A DNA stretch of 63,687 nt, counting the filler, from Choristocarpus tenellus KU-1152 (lineage: Eukaryota > Protista > Phaeophyceae), in the NCBI GenBank assembly GCA_964200185.2. It is 7 parts of 7 records of this genome, joined end to end, with 100 filler letters (N's around TTAATTAATTAA, not from the genome) between each part and the next. Parts side by side here need not be neighbours in the genome. Positions count along the whole stretch, not along the records: positions 29,971 to 43,651 come from CAXNAD020001409.1; positions 43,752 to 47,044 come from CAXNAD020020985.1; positions 47,145 to 51,947 come from CAXNAD020012998.1; 4 more parts are not named here. One strand, 5' to 3'. Shown piece after piece: positions 36,978 through 50,060 of the stretch; the stretch's first letter is position 1; the number at the start of each line of letters is the position of its first letter. A program made the translations under genes and the position numbers. The notes under the pieces were generated by a model. That model saw only the letters and a list, made by a program, of their open reading frames with translations, ran no database searches and was not told the DNA's origin.

Positions 36978-39900
36978 TCACTCATCTTCAGCATCAGCAT
37001 CACTTTCACCTCCTATCTCCTGACCTTCATCAAAATCGTGCTGTATGTGGGATTAGGTTATGGAGACAGGGAATGGAAAGGGGTGTTGGGGGGAAGAGTG
37101 AAACAGGAGCAGAAGGATTTGTGAAACAAGAGACCTTCCAACATATCCAACACATTAGGATGAGAGGCTTTCATCAATTGCAGATTGGGCAGGGAGTTGT
37201 CATGACTTAATTTCTTACACCCATTGTGTTTGACTGGTGGTGGTGCAAGACTGAATAACAGCACAGCACATGTCCTCCTTGGTTAATTCTGAAGCCAAGT
37301 GCAACAGACGCATAATACACCAGCCTTGCTGGGAACGACACCTGGAAGTAAGAAAAATTCTCAACTATAAATTTGCCATAGTGTTGTGCACCAAGAAGAT
37401 ACTTAGGAGGTACATAACTGTGGAAAAAATAGTGTGAGAAAATAACACGACACAGTCGCCAGCAGGCTCTCTCTCTTCCCCCATGCTATCACCCCCCTAG
37501 ATGGCCAACAGAATAAAAATTACCCTAAAAATAAAGAGAGCAAAACAGCTTGGGTGTATCTTCGGCTTACTGTCCATGCGTGTCTCATACCTCTTGCCAC
37601 ACACACCATAAGCAATATCTCCCCCCCCCTAATAAAAAAATACACCATCTTATACATGGAATATAAGAGTAACAATGTCTCTCCTGTGTCTAAAGAACCT
37701 TCACTGGAAGTCACAATTCCAAAAAGAGTGAAAATCTTACTTACAGAAAGGTAAATCTCCAGAGGGTGTGGAAAGATATCTTCCCGAATAGCTTCTCCCA
37801 ATTCCACATCGGCCACCTCTTCATCATCAAACAACTGCCAGCATGGAATGAGGAGGGAAGCGGAGGAGAGGTGGTGATGGGATTGAGGAAATGCTGAAGG
37901 GATTTGTCACCATTCCAAACTTGACATGCAAGGATATACCTTCAACCTTCTCGTACCACTTGCCATTTTTAGTTGTACACAACTCCTCCATCCTTTGTGT
38001 AAGGTCTAAATTGACTGCAGCAAAACAAAAGTATTTCTTGCATATATCGCAGTCAGGTCATGAGTGTAAGCAGCATAGCACACACCAAAAAAAAAACGGG
38101 GGTTTCCTTCAACTATTGGAGGTGGTCCTTGTCGACCAAAAACCTGACAATGAAGGCACTACACAGTTTTGTGCCATTGTGCTTGTGTCAATAAGCAAGA
38201 ATGGCAAAAATAGGGTACATGATCAATCTTTCTCTTTTAAGGGTACCTCTCACTTGTACCCCATCCTTTGAACCCAAATATGGCAATAGAATGCAACATT
38301 GGGCATTGCTGGGGAGTCTACAATGCTCTTGAAAACTGCTGTATCACTGCAAATAACCCCTGACAAACAATAGGCGAGCCCTAAACGCCTCCCAGACGTA
38401 TGAATAAGGGCAAACAAAATTCAACCTTCCTCACTACCAACTATTAAATGATGAAAGGCAGAAATACTTACAAGTATGCCATGCAGTCATAGTTATCATA
38501 ATTTATACTTGGAGGAACAAGTAAAACGCTTGAGAAAGCACAAGTCAAGTGGCTAGGATTTTTTGAGGAAATTATATGTACAAATGTACAAAATCGGTAT
38601 GGTATTTCTATAACATACGTTGGGGTGCACCAGGGCAGAAAACTAGACCATTTAAACTTTAAGACCCTCAATAAATATTGACCAGGGACAGAGGATAACA
38701 TCTCCCCCAAACACCAAGTGCAAGTACATTAAAAAATGCTACAATATGATACTTGGACCCACAACCTGTCAACCTCCAAGTATGTATGGGTTTGTGATAA
38801 TTAATCACTGGTTCAGTGACATAATCAATGCTTGGAGAATACATACGTTGTGTTGGGTCGCAGAGGGGCCTCCATTGAATGACACAGGGTTGCTGAAACA
38901 CACTTCCAACTCCACATGTTTTTTTTATAGTACATGGTAAACTCTACTTCCAAATACTACCCCTAACACCCACTCGGAGAGTTTAAGATCCTTGAATCTT
39001 CAACAATAATGTGACCAACACCACAATGGAGGGACCTTATGTCCTACACTACGGCAAGAAGGGCTAGTGAGGGCTGTGGTTGGAGAATACCAAGATCATG
39101 TGCATAATAGATATCTTGAAAACCCTCACCACTCCATTGTATTTTGACCATGTTGTACAACTGCAAAAACTGAGAATGTTAGATTCATGCCCGCCACACT
39201 AACGTGGGCAGTGACACTTTGAAGTAAAAGACACAATAGCCGTAAAGCACACACACACACACACACAGAAGACATACAAGAGGTGTAAGGTGAGCATTGA
39301 AACCTCTCCCACAATAGTGAACCCTCTATCAAACTGTCATCGTACAAAAACACACACTCCCATATGGTTGTAGCATAGATCTTCTTATGTGATTGTAGGG
39401 TTGTTGCCAAGAATAGTACAGGCAAGTTCACACTTCTAAGTTAAAAAAATAAACAACTGATACAATACATGCTCACCGAGAAGAAGGAGGGTTGGTTCTC
39501 TAGCAGGACCTCCTCATCTTCCTCTTCTTCACCATCACCCTTGGCATCCCCGTTGTCAGCACTGGCTTTGGCCTTGGTTATTGCCCTCACGGCTGGAAGC
39601 AGCGATGACTGCACTTCTTGAGCCTCTGCGGAGTCCTTCCATTTGATGGGAGATGCTGTTACCTGCCATGTGATGCAGTGTAGGCATGATAAACCGTTCC
39701 ACATCAAACAAATACCTTTGCGACGAGAATTTAGATTCCTCCACTAGAAAATGAACAACAGGACTATCAACCCTGGTACTAAAAACGCCCAGAGAAGAAC
39801 TTATCCATAAAATGCAAGAAAATTGTCGTTTTTGCACTTTTGAATATCGATCAACTATTTGTAACTATGAGAGCACAAAGAATATAAATATCATATTTGT

Positions 39901-41357
39901 GAGGTGTATCACCTGCAGGTTATCCCCGTCAGAGTCAGTTACGTACTCCTTCCAAAGCTCTGTGTTGGAGAAGAATGGGTTCTCTCGAAACACCTTCACA
40001 CACAAGTGATTGGGTTGTTGCAATGTCAAGTGAGGCATGTACTTCACAGAATTGGGCTCTCAGCAGGAAGGACTAATGCTTCGACCTCCCCCATCCACAT
40101 CTTCAACAATCTCACAGAAAAATTGTACCTAAATTCCGTGCCGACAGGTGGTCACTGCAGTCTATAATACCTAACATGTTGGATTCACTACCACGCTGAC
40201 TCCCATCATTCCATCCCCTTACAATATCCAAGCCTTGCTTTCGCTTCAATCTGTGGGTAAGGGGGAATCATGCAAAAATGTCACGCAAGGTTCGAACATT
40301 GCACTTGGGTATTGTTGCATTCTGATGCGAGCTCCACGGTATAAAGGTCGGTCCTACAAACGGATTGCACGAGGGCACCCGAGTGTATCACAAGAACAAG
40401 GCGGTAAGCGGTATCCTTGCTACTCGCACCACCAAGTCATCCAGGTATCGACACCACAACGAAAAAAAACTATGCTAGCATTGGGTTAAGGCAGGCGATC
40501 GAAAAGTGAAGACCGCATCAATTCCAAATCTTGGTTTGTCTGGGTCGAGTGATGGGGATGACCCACTGGGCATGGGTGGAAAAGATATGGGCTCACAAAT
40601 GTTACTCGGAAGCCCAGACCATCCTCTTCTTTGACCTCGTCTTCCTGATTTCCACCACCGGACGCTGCTTCCTTCTTGGAAGAAGTCGCACTCAGTTCGG
40701 TAATATCCTCCACGGATATGGATTCCAGGTGTGTCAGGGCCTCTTGATCGACATCCGCGATATACCCTTGGGATACTTCATGTGCTAAAAGCTGTAGAAA
40801 TGAGGAAATGTGTTTTGTCTTAGCATGGGGAAGAATGGTGTCGCAGACAACGTATATAAAACATACTCTAAAGATGTATTTCACGTCCACAAGACAAAAC
40901 AATCTGTGGAGTTGGGATCTGCTAGTAGCATTTCGGTTGTCCACCCGCTCCATCTTGAATGAAGCCCACACTCACCACTTTGAGCCAGAACTGAGGCACT
41001 TGGGCGATTGCTTCTTGCCTCTCTTGAAACAAAGGACGCTTACGCTTCATGTGTTTCCTGTTCACGCTCAATACCTGTCAGCGTGCAAAGATTTATAGAT
41101 GAGGACATCACATTCGCCTTGCCCGGTTCGTACACGAAAATGATGATAATCAATTGCACCCTTCAAGGTTTCGGCCGCTTATGACTAACCTCCTTGGCCT
41201 CTTCTACTCCAATCGCGTTGAGCTTCTCCTGGATAGCCTGGATGGCCATCACACGCTCCTCCTCACCCTCAGTCTCGCCATCCTGCGTTACTGGATCCGG
41301 TGGTACGAGAGTTTTCTGACGCTTTGAAGACGGTTCAACCGCCACAGCTGTGGCCAT
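36978..41357 (-). CDS. Nucleosome assembly protein (NAP/SET family histone chaperone); exons 41357-41190, 41074-40976, 40791-40597, 39993-39913, 39662-39477, 37834-37745, 37040-36978
   Basis: KRPLFQERQEAIAQVPQFWLKV, DQEALTHLESISVE, GFRVTF|VFRENPFFSNTELWKEY, ASPIKWK, PSFFS|LF, ELGEAIREDIFPHPLEIY and an acidic tail. All introns are phase 0. Confidence 0.92.
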
Positions 41358-41678
41358 GGTGGATAGAGCAGGAGTCGACAACTACCGTGGTAGCGCTGAT
41401 GTTTGGTGAGTGGTAAGTGGATGTAGTAGGTAAAAGGTAGCGCGCGCAAATCAATCAACACATATTGCTCGCCATCTTCTACATTAACTAAACACCCCTT
41501 ATCCTTGACAAAAACAGGAAAAACTCCGTTTGTAGTGCCTAGACGTGATTGAGTCACGGTAGGCACAACTGAAACGTATGTGCTTCAGGTCCCTTATACG
41601 GGAGAGTACGTGCGAGAGAGTACGAACTCGGTTCGACACCTGGAGAACTGCTACGGACAAGTGCGGAGTACAACTGGG
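41358..41678. promoter_or_regulatory. Putative bidirectional promoter between NAP and RPB7
   Basis: 321 bp separate the divergent ATGs; the region is relatively CpG-rich. Confidence 0.55.
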
Positions 41679-43240
41679 ATGTTTTTTCTGGTAAGTGTGT
41701 CTGCAATAGGACAACTGTTGATGTCTGTCGAACACAAAGTGGATTACCTTCCACTCAATTTAGTATATGATAAATGATCTATGCAATTGGGATGGATCGG
41801 GTGCTGTGTAGTATGGAACTGGTCAATCCACAATGATGTGCACAATGACTGCGACACATAGTATCACCTTTGCGATTGGGATTGGATCTTCCTTCACAGA
41901 GAAACCTGTCGACCTTTGGCAATACAGCGGGTAATATTGCTATTGCCCTATTGTTTATAAAGAATTTTGCTGCTCGAGTATTATTGTTCACCCGGTAGAT
42001 ATTCAATCCCTGACTATTTATTGGTTGTGAGTCTCTACAAACAACTCACAAAGAAGTTGGACAGAGCGCGAAATATTTTTGCTGTCGTTTTCATTTGTTG
42101 CGTTGTAGTTTGGCTTTAAATGATTGCTGCTATAATCGTTACTTCTCTCTAGCGAAAGAGGCAATTGCAGCGTCATCATGGCACTCGTCAGTCTTCCGTG
42201 AGTTGTGAGCAACAGACGCTGTGTTTCCGCCTCTCTACTAGTGAAGTATGCGCGAAGTCGAGCTAGGCTCCCTCTTGAAGTCCTTGGTGACCCGAATCCT
42301 TTGATCTTGTTGTCATCGATTGCTACCTTGAGTGCGCAGTGTGGAACCAATGAGGACCCCATTGATCACTTCAGTGCCCACCGAGATCGCCCCTTTTTGC
42401 GGATGACATTAGCTTGAGACTTGGTTACGACCACTTTGCACAATCAAGCTTCGGATAAGAGGCGATTTCGGAATGTAAATATTCCCTTGTAAATTATTAC
42501 CTCCAGCCCCCAGCATCTCCCCTATCTCAAAGAGCCTAACACAATTGCTTGCATGCTTCAACAATGCCAATATTACTCTATGCAACATTTGAATGGTTAA
42601 AGAAATCTCTCAAGAAGCCGGTGCTCATCCCCCCATCCGACTTTGGACCAAAGCTCAAGGACACAATTCGGTAAGCAAATGAGAGAGGGAGGATTGACCA
42701 GAACGAGAAGCACGCTTAGTTATGTTTGATGACCCTCCCTGGCTGGTCATAGCAGCGATGCACAATGTGGTCTGCCCCACAGCAAGACATTACTGGTTTC
42801 GCAGATTTAATCGCAACCTTCACAATGATGTTGTTAAGGTTTAGATCGCGTCCTTCCAAGATAGATCCCTAGCCTTGCGCTTATTTTATGTGTGTCTGAG
42901 GCGTCACTGTACATGCGTGTGTGGTTTGGATTAATCTTTTACCCACCAAGCCTCTGTAGCGTATCCCTAACCCTGTTGCGTACACGAAATATCGTCATCT
43001 TCATCTCTTTCTTTCTGTCTCTCTTTTGACCTGTTCCATTATGTTAGAGATATTTTGCACAAGCGCTGCATGTACATACAGCCTACCCATCTAACATTGC
43101 TTCTCACACCCTCCACACACACCCCACTACTACTTCAACAAACTCAAAAATATGCTGCTCCTCTTCACAGGCGAAAATTGATAGAAGATGTGGAGGGGAC
43201 GTCAGTGGAGAACTTAGGGTTTGTCATAACCGTCACTGAG
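41679..43240 (+). CDS. RPB7: RNA polymerase II subunit RPB7, 5' part only (exons 41679-41690, 42603-42670, 43171-43240); the rest lies beyond the contig end
   Basis: Spliced MFFL|KSLKKPVLIPPSDFGPKLKDTIR|RKLIEDVEGTSVENLGFVITVTE matches the Rpb7 N-terminal pattern. Confidence 0.85.
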
Positions 43241-43477
43241 GTGTGAATTGGCAGACGCATCCCATTTTTTCCTTTCCCCCCCCCCTGCCTCTCTAGAAGC
43301 TTTGATCCTTATTGATTACATTTGCTGTGTGGGAAAGTCTTGTATCTCATGGCATTCCCTTGTGGCCAATATATGACCCAAGGGTTGATGTCCACCATGT
43401 GTATTTTTTTCAAGTTGATTCTTACCCCCTAGCACCTATGCCAAACTGCTGATCTACTTTTATACTCAATTGAAGGT

Positions 43478-43651
43478 TACCCAAAGTATCTGGGGGGGGG
43501 GTCTACACCAGAGTGTCCATTTGAACCAAAACCAGGAAAAATGCACTTTTATTATCCATCCAACGTATCGAACCAAATCACCCAAAAATCCCAACATGAA
43601 AAAGTTGACCCCAAATGGACAGCTGCCACCCCCCCCCCCAGATACCTTGAC
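43478..43651. mobile_element. MITE family A, near-complete copy at a contig end
   Basis: acccaaagtatctgggggggggtctacaccagagtgtccatttg...ccccaaatggacagctgcc...cagataccttgac. Confidence 0.88.
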
Positions 43652-44675
43652 NNNNNNNNNNNNNNNNNNNNNNNNNNNNNNNNNNNNNNNNNNNNTTAAT
43701 TAATTAANNNNNNNNNNNNNNNNNNNNNNNNNNNNNNNNNNNNNNNNNNNNAGCCCTAACCACTTATCAGAAAAATATATGTAGTATGATAGTAGTATTT
43801 CTGTAACGGGGCCTGGTTCTGTGTGATGGGGGGGGTGATGAGAACCACCAGGGATTAGTTTTTTTCAGAAAGGAAGTGAAAGATGAGACTGAGGCATGCT
43901 GGGGGTATGTTGACAACCTCAGAGGGCTATGTGAATCAACCTTCAGTGTGATTGGTTGTGACCAGCCAGAACAGAAAACACAATCTCAACATTGCTGGTT
44001 TGAATCTACCGTTCATGTCGGGGTTACCGCGTGCCGGTGTTGCGTCTGACCCACAACACATCACTTGGCCTCGCCTCAATCGCAAAAGGTGACGCGCGCA
44101 AATGTATACGACCGCACGTATTACCCTCATCAATGTCGGAGATCCCAAAAAAGGTGACTTGTCACTGACATTACCACCAATGTGAAAGTTTATGAAGTAA
44201 TCTCTGAGTTTTGTGGGTCAAAAGAATTCTGGTTGGCTGGGGGCACAGGACAAGGGAAGGAAGGGTAAAGAAGAAGTAAGCAAGAAGAGGGAACGAATAG
44301 TTAAGGATTGACTGGCTAAGAGAGGGGAGAGAAAGGTTAAGAGAAATGAGTGGTAGGAAGAGATTATCTGAAAAGAGGGCTGAGGACTAGGAGTACAAGA
44401 CGAGGAGGGCGAGAACAAGACAACCTCCGAGCAAGCTCTCCCGCCCACCCACCTTGACGCTTGCTCACGACCGACGGGAACACTGGGAAAGGGGGGGGAG
44501 GTCAAGTTTTGGCGGGATAGATGTCTTCTAGCCCAAAGGCACAGTATGAAGTGGATGATGAAGGGTGTTATTTGAATGATTGTGGAGTGGTTTTGAGTGG
44601 TGTGGTTGAGTGGAGTGGTAACTGCCGTGGGGTTGAGGGGAGTGGTAACTTGTGTGAGGTTGAAGGGTGGGGGGG

Positions 44676-44885
44676 GTGACTGGAAATCAGTGACGAAGGG
44701 GTCGCACTGGTTGGTAATTAGAGGTGGGGGGTGACTGGATATCAGTGAAAGGGGGTTCGCACTGGTGGTCATCAGATGGGGAGGGTGACTTGAAATCAGT
44801 GACGAAGGGGGTTCGCACTGGTTGGTCATTAGAGGTGGGGGTTAACTATGAAACCAGTGGCGAAGAGGTCGCACTGGGCTGGTTG
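44676..44885 (+). repeat. G-rich ~55-bp minisatellite x4 upstream of the Copia gag
   Basis: Unit gtgactggaaatcagtgacgaaggggtcgcactggttggtaattagaggtgggg, repeated with decay. Confidence 0.85.
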
Positions 44886-45505
44886 TAAGTAGGGTAAATG
44901 GGAAAGGAAATGGGAATGAATGAATTGTAAACAAGAAAAAATAATAATAATAATGATCCAGAATTCGTGAGCAAAACAAAAATGATATTTAGAAAAGAGA
45001 GGAGTTGGTACACGAGTAAGTGGAGTAGGATGTATTATATTATATTATATTATTGTATATATTATGTTCGAAGATAGTCCTGCTGATACACTATAAACAC
45101 CACCAGTGGAGTAGTGGAGTAATGGAGAAAAAGTAGAGATTTTCGGTATATCTTAGTTGAAGTCTGCACATATCATATATGATGCAGTAATATTATTCTT
45201 TTCTGATTGCAGTATTCTTTGCTGATTATAATATTATTTTCTGATTATCCATGTGGACATTGCAAACCCCTTATTGCAATCAACACTGGTCTTACCCACG
45301 TTCTCAGTCAGCGGAATCAAGACCATAAGCCCTCTTATAATATTAACATTGCTCATCTACATTAAGCTGTTCTTTGTCCTTCATTAAAGCACCAAAGCCG
45401 CGGGTCCAGTGTGGGATACTTCAACACGCTACGTATCAGATCGATTATTCCTGGGACGTTGTGCGAAGCGACAAGACTGATAGTGAGCAAGTTATAGTGT
45501 ACAAG

Positions 45506-46613
45506 ATGTCTGCCATGGACTCCACCGAAATCACTTCACTCCCCTCGTTGGCCAGAAAGCTGGGTGAAGACTTTTATTCCTTTGCTGTGAGGGCTCAGGT
45601 TATGCTGGGTGTCCACGATTGTGTAACAGCTCTCCGTGGGCCCGATATTATTTGCAGGGGGCCAATCTGGGCAGTGGACGCTGAATTGTTAAATTCGCAA
45701 AGTGATGAAGACGACGACGTGGAGCGACCTCCAACGGTACCTCTTCCAGATATGGCCAACAACGCGGACCTTAAACTGGCAACAAAGCGGGCAAGGAAAG
45801 CGTGGCAACTGATGCTGCTCATGCTACAAGACCGAGCCTTGCATACATTTATTGCGTCGGAGCCTCCGAGTACAGGGTGGCGCACCCTTGATGCGGCGTT
45901 CATGCCTAAGACCCGCCAGGAGGCTAGGCGTATTACACTAAGAACTATACCGCCTAACCATTGATGACAGGAAGGACCCCTCTTCAGGGCTCACTGAATT
46001 ATCAAGATTAACCACAAGACTGGAGTCCATGGGAGAGGTCATTACCGGAGAAACCAAGGTGGCGACCATCCTCAACAAGCTGGGGGAGAATTACTCCCAA
46101 ATCAAGAGCTTTGTAGACTATGGGGAAACCTAGACGGTGAAGAATGTTGAAGATATGGTGGTGGCGAGGTTCAAAGACCTGCAAGCGATCAACATGGGTA
46201 AGTCCACTGATAGTGACCATGCTCTGGTTGTGAGTGCGGGAAATAATTCCTCAGGCAGAAAGGGGCGCATAGTCTGTTACATGTGTGGCAAAGATGGCCA
46301 CACGAGAAATGGCTGCCCCGACCTGGACAGGGGACAACACGCTGGTGCCTCTGCAAGATTGGGGGAGGACGAAGATAAAGATGGAAGATGCCTAAGGTGC
46401 AGGGGGATAGGACATGACTATGATGAATGTCCCCTGACTGTTCGGGCAAGAGAGAAGACCAGAAAACCTCCAAGGAGAGGGAACAAGAACGTGAACATGG
46501 TATCGACAACAACTCCTCCGTCCTCGAACCAAGAGGATCTTACTGAAAGGATGGAAAGGTTGGAAGGATTCATCGGTTCTTATTTTGGTGAAACTGATCG
46601 TTTTTCTCTATGA
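45506..46613 (+). pseudogene. Ty1/Copia-type gag, disrupted (frameshift near 45940, in-frame TAG near 46130), with two CCHC zinc knuckles
   Basis: Copia gag-like pattern (KAWQLML...GWRTLDAAF...ILNKLGENYSQI) plus CYMCGKDGHTRNGC and CLRCRGIGHDYDEC. Confidence 0.8.
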
Positions 46614-47945
46614 CTGTCTTCTTTTTTGTTTGTCTTCCCAAATGTTTTAATTTGACTTTGTTCCCCATCTGTCGTGTATTTTAGTGCATGCCCACAGTAG
46701 TCGAGTGACAGCTGTGATGTTGTATGCAGACTGACTTTAGATAGAAGGACTCTTAAAGTCAGAGAGGTTTTCCTCGTTTTTGTGTGTATGGCATTTCAGA
46801 GATAAGTCAAATGTTAAATACTACTTTTCCCAAGGATTCACTTTAGGCATGACACTAGGGATATTTCCAGGATCGTGGGAGACGCATTTTGGTATGGCTA
46901 AGTACCCACAGTAGGAAACACCCCAGGATGTGTTCGTAGAGATTGTGATAGGATAGGTAGGAAATGACAGCTCCACCATATTACTTTGTTCCGAAGATTT
47001 GTAGTAGTGATGTACTAGGGAGGTTGATCCAAAGTGTCTGGGGGNNNNNNNNNNNNNNNNNNNNNNNNNNNNNNNNNNNNNNNNNNNNTTAATTAATTAA
47101 NNNNNNNNNNNNNNNNNNNNNNNNNNNNNNNNNNNNNNNNNNNNTTTTGAATGTAGCCATCGTCAACCCTGGGGTACGGCAGTACCTCAAAGAGCCAGTG
47201 CATGAACAGAGGCAAAAAAAAAAAATGTTACAAAAAAACTCACGCTCACAAGGACGCGAAAATATTCTAAAAGACCTCAAACGAAACTCGATATGCATCC
47301 TCCGCTCCGGCATATATATATATGGCACTGACTCCATCGCAAGAATCAATTCCGACCCGAAATAAAAAATCAACGAGAGATTTTTAATTTTTCAAAAAAA
47401 TAAAATAACACGAGCCTTTTACGGCACACTTCAGACACTTTACTTAGACCTGCAAAAGTCGGGGGGGGGGGGGTTAAAAAAAAAAAAAAAAAAGAAAATG
47501 CACAAAATTATTTGTTTGCGTCCTCCTTTCCTCCNNNNNNNNNNAAAAAAAAAAGAACCTAAAAAAAACATAAAAAATCAAAAAGAAAAAGAAAGAGGGG
47601 GGGGGGGGGGGGGGGGGGGGTTAAAAAAAATGAAAAAAATGAAAGTGCACACAGTTATATGTGTGCGTCCTCCTGTCGTCCTAGCAGAGCATACACCCCC
47701 CGTCGCCTCAAAATTGCTGTGATCTCCACCTCGACCTTGTCAGTCGTGTTGACAAACCAACACTACAGGAGCAGCGCGACATAGATCATCAGGAAGCTCG
47801 AGCGAGGCAAAAGAAAGTTTCTCAGTGAGATATATATATAGTTCCGGCACCCCCCCACTCCCCTACCTCCTCACTAAGTCACCTCCTTCAAAAGAAAAAA
47901 AAAATGTGTAACCCTAACCCTAGCGTAATGGAAGCATCACCACAC

Positions 47946-50060
47946 CTCAAGATCCTTCTTAAGCATTATCTTCAACGCCAAAACCTTCTTTGAGGCCTTC
48001 TCCCTCGCCAGGTATACATTGCCTGTAGAGCAGGATTGGCAGAGATATTTTTTTCGTTGGAAAAGTGGTGTGTAGGACAGGTAAGAAAGAGATGGCAGGG
48101 AGGGCATGAGTAAGGAACCCCTCGCCCACGATTGGCAAGAGAAAAATTGACTCCACCGTCGGGTAAAAAGGAGATTTGGAAAGGAGACTGGAGATTCCTG
48201 TTGTTCTTTGGGGATAACAGCTATTACTATCATGAAGTAAAAACAATATTCTTTCATTGTGAGCTGATTGAGAGCGAAGTATGAATGGCAACAAGTCTAC
48301 TGACAATAGAATCATATCACCAGATGACATTCGACAGCGTGCATTATCAATTGACCTGTGGAGTGCCTGCAAGTCAACAGAAAAATAGTAGTAAATTCCA
48401 AAAAAGAACGCTCCCATAGTGTACTCCAAAATTCAATACACGAGGCAACCACCTTTATAGGGTAGACAGTGTTTCATACCGTTCCTTGACATTGATGAGA
48501 TAGCATGTTCCGCGTGAGTCTCCTGTTTATAACAGAGACTCTTAAGAGTTACTCCCCTGCTTTCATATGAGAATCTTGTCAGTTCACATGATGCTAAGTG
48601 AATCCAGAAAAATGCCTACCAAGAGCGTAAGGGTTCATTCCACAAGCCTCAACACTATTCCATCTAAATATGTACCTTTATGGGCAGCTCTTGCTTGAAT
48701 AGCACCCTTCTGGATCAATTGTTCATGGACGACAACACCGCCCCCCCTCCTCCCCCACGCCCCCCACATCACTCCACTCCCACAACCCAACTGCTGAATC
48801 TATATTCTCTTTATGAGAACCCACCAAATCGACCTTTCCCGATGGGTTTTCCAATCTCAAAACAGGACAAGTTCCAACGTTTCCCTGTAAGACTCGATCC
48901 ACCCGTTGGCTTGGACAGCGAGGTATTGAAGCGTTTTTTTTCTAACGGTGTTTGAGGTTGTGGCGTCTTGAGCTGAATGTCGGAGGCATGAAAGGGGGCA
49001 GGAGCGAGGAGGGGGTGGGGATGAGGGGTGTAGTGAGCACCTGTGCAACACCATTATCCATTGATTATCTTTTAGCTACTTCTTTGACGTTAAAATTCCA
49101 CTGCTCTGTCCAGAGGCAATCCAAACTGGCACATGGAACACATACATTAGAACAAATTGTGGCATCGAGGTATCTGTTTACATAACGTTCAAGGCAATGG
49201 TGAACTGAGGTGGACGCCCGCTGCAGGGGATAAGACTGGACGGCAATCCATAGAAAACCTCGAGGTGGTGGGGTTTTGGTCGTAGTGACGTGGTGGATAT
49301 TGAACAAGCCTCGAAAACGTGGATCTCTCTCAAGAAGTTTCAGTACACGCAAACCCGTCCAGATATCCTGCCATTCACCCATCGAATCAGAAAAGTCAAC
49401 ACAAACGTAGGCGGATGAAATCGGCACTTTGCAACCCCGTTTCGCATCAGAGGACCAACCTAGGAGGTTGAATACTAGTCACTGATATCAACGAATCCAA
49501 CTGGTGACAGCTCCAGCAGTCACGTTCATGTACACGAATACAAGTCCTAGGATAGCAGCCTTCGGACCACTACTATAGGCACAGATATAATCGCAGAGAT
49601 AGGAGTCGAGCATGATGTTGCTGTCTCTTCGAGGTCAGCCGCAAACCTCACTCGGCTTGATTATGGTAGGAGAAAATAGCACAGCATTTGTTTCGGGGAT
49701 CCTGGTGAGCGTTCATCTGAAAAGGACTCGCTAATTCCTCCATTGACTACCTGTGTGAACAACGTACACCCTGCCAAGACTATCGCGTTTGATTTTCGAT
49801 CACATGCCCTTGCCAAACATCCCCTAGCACCATTGCTTGTATCTCACCTTCCTTCTAACACGACCTAACCGTGGCGTGAGAGCGTCTGCCAAATCGGTTG
49901 TAGGTTGGGGATCACGAATGCAGGTAAGGGGCACGATTCCTCGCTTTCCAGGCGAATTAAGCGCCTCCGACATTTGACCCATATCTAATTTGCTAGCGAG
50001 ATCGGGGTTATCCTCCAGTCCAGCCATTGCATTGCTACTATGTTTGTTCAACCTCGCCAT
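47946..50060 (-). CDS. Aurora-like Ser/Thr kinase, 5' part (exons about 50060-49848, 48972-48825, 48022-47946); remainder not resolved
   Basis: WNLSCFEIGKPIGKGRFG|NVYLAREKASKKVLALKIMLKKDLE is the Aurora subdomain I-II signature. The first exon is tentative. Confidence 0.8.

Noticed and set aside
42018-42417. 114-aa and 70-aa ORFs between NAP and RPB7 exon 2
   Set aside because: They lie inside RPB7 intron 1 and have no recognisable motif.
44218-44829. 203-aa minus-strand ORF
   Set aside because: It is a by-product of the G-rich tandem repeats and low complexity.
44676-44885. CRISPR-like array
   Set aside because: Units are head-to-tail and degenerate with no unique spacers, the context is eukaryotic, and there are no cas genes.
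47146-47700. Duplicated G/A-homopolymer block around a 10-N gap
   Set aside because: It looks like low-quality read ends duplicated across a gap.
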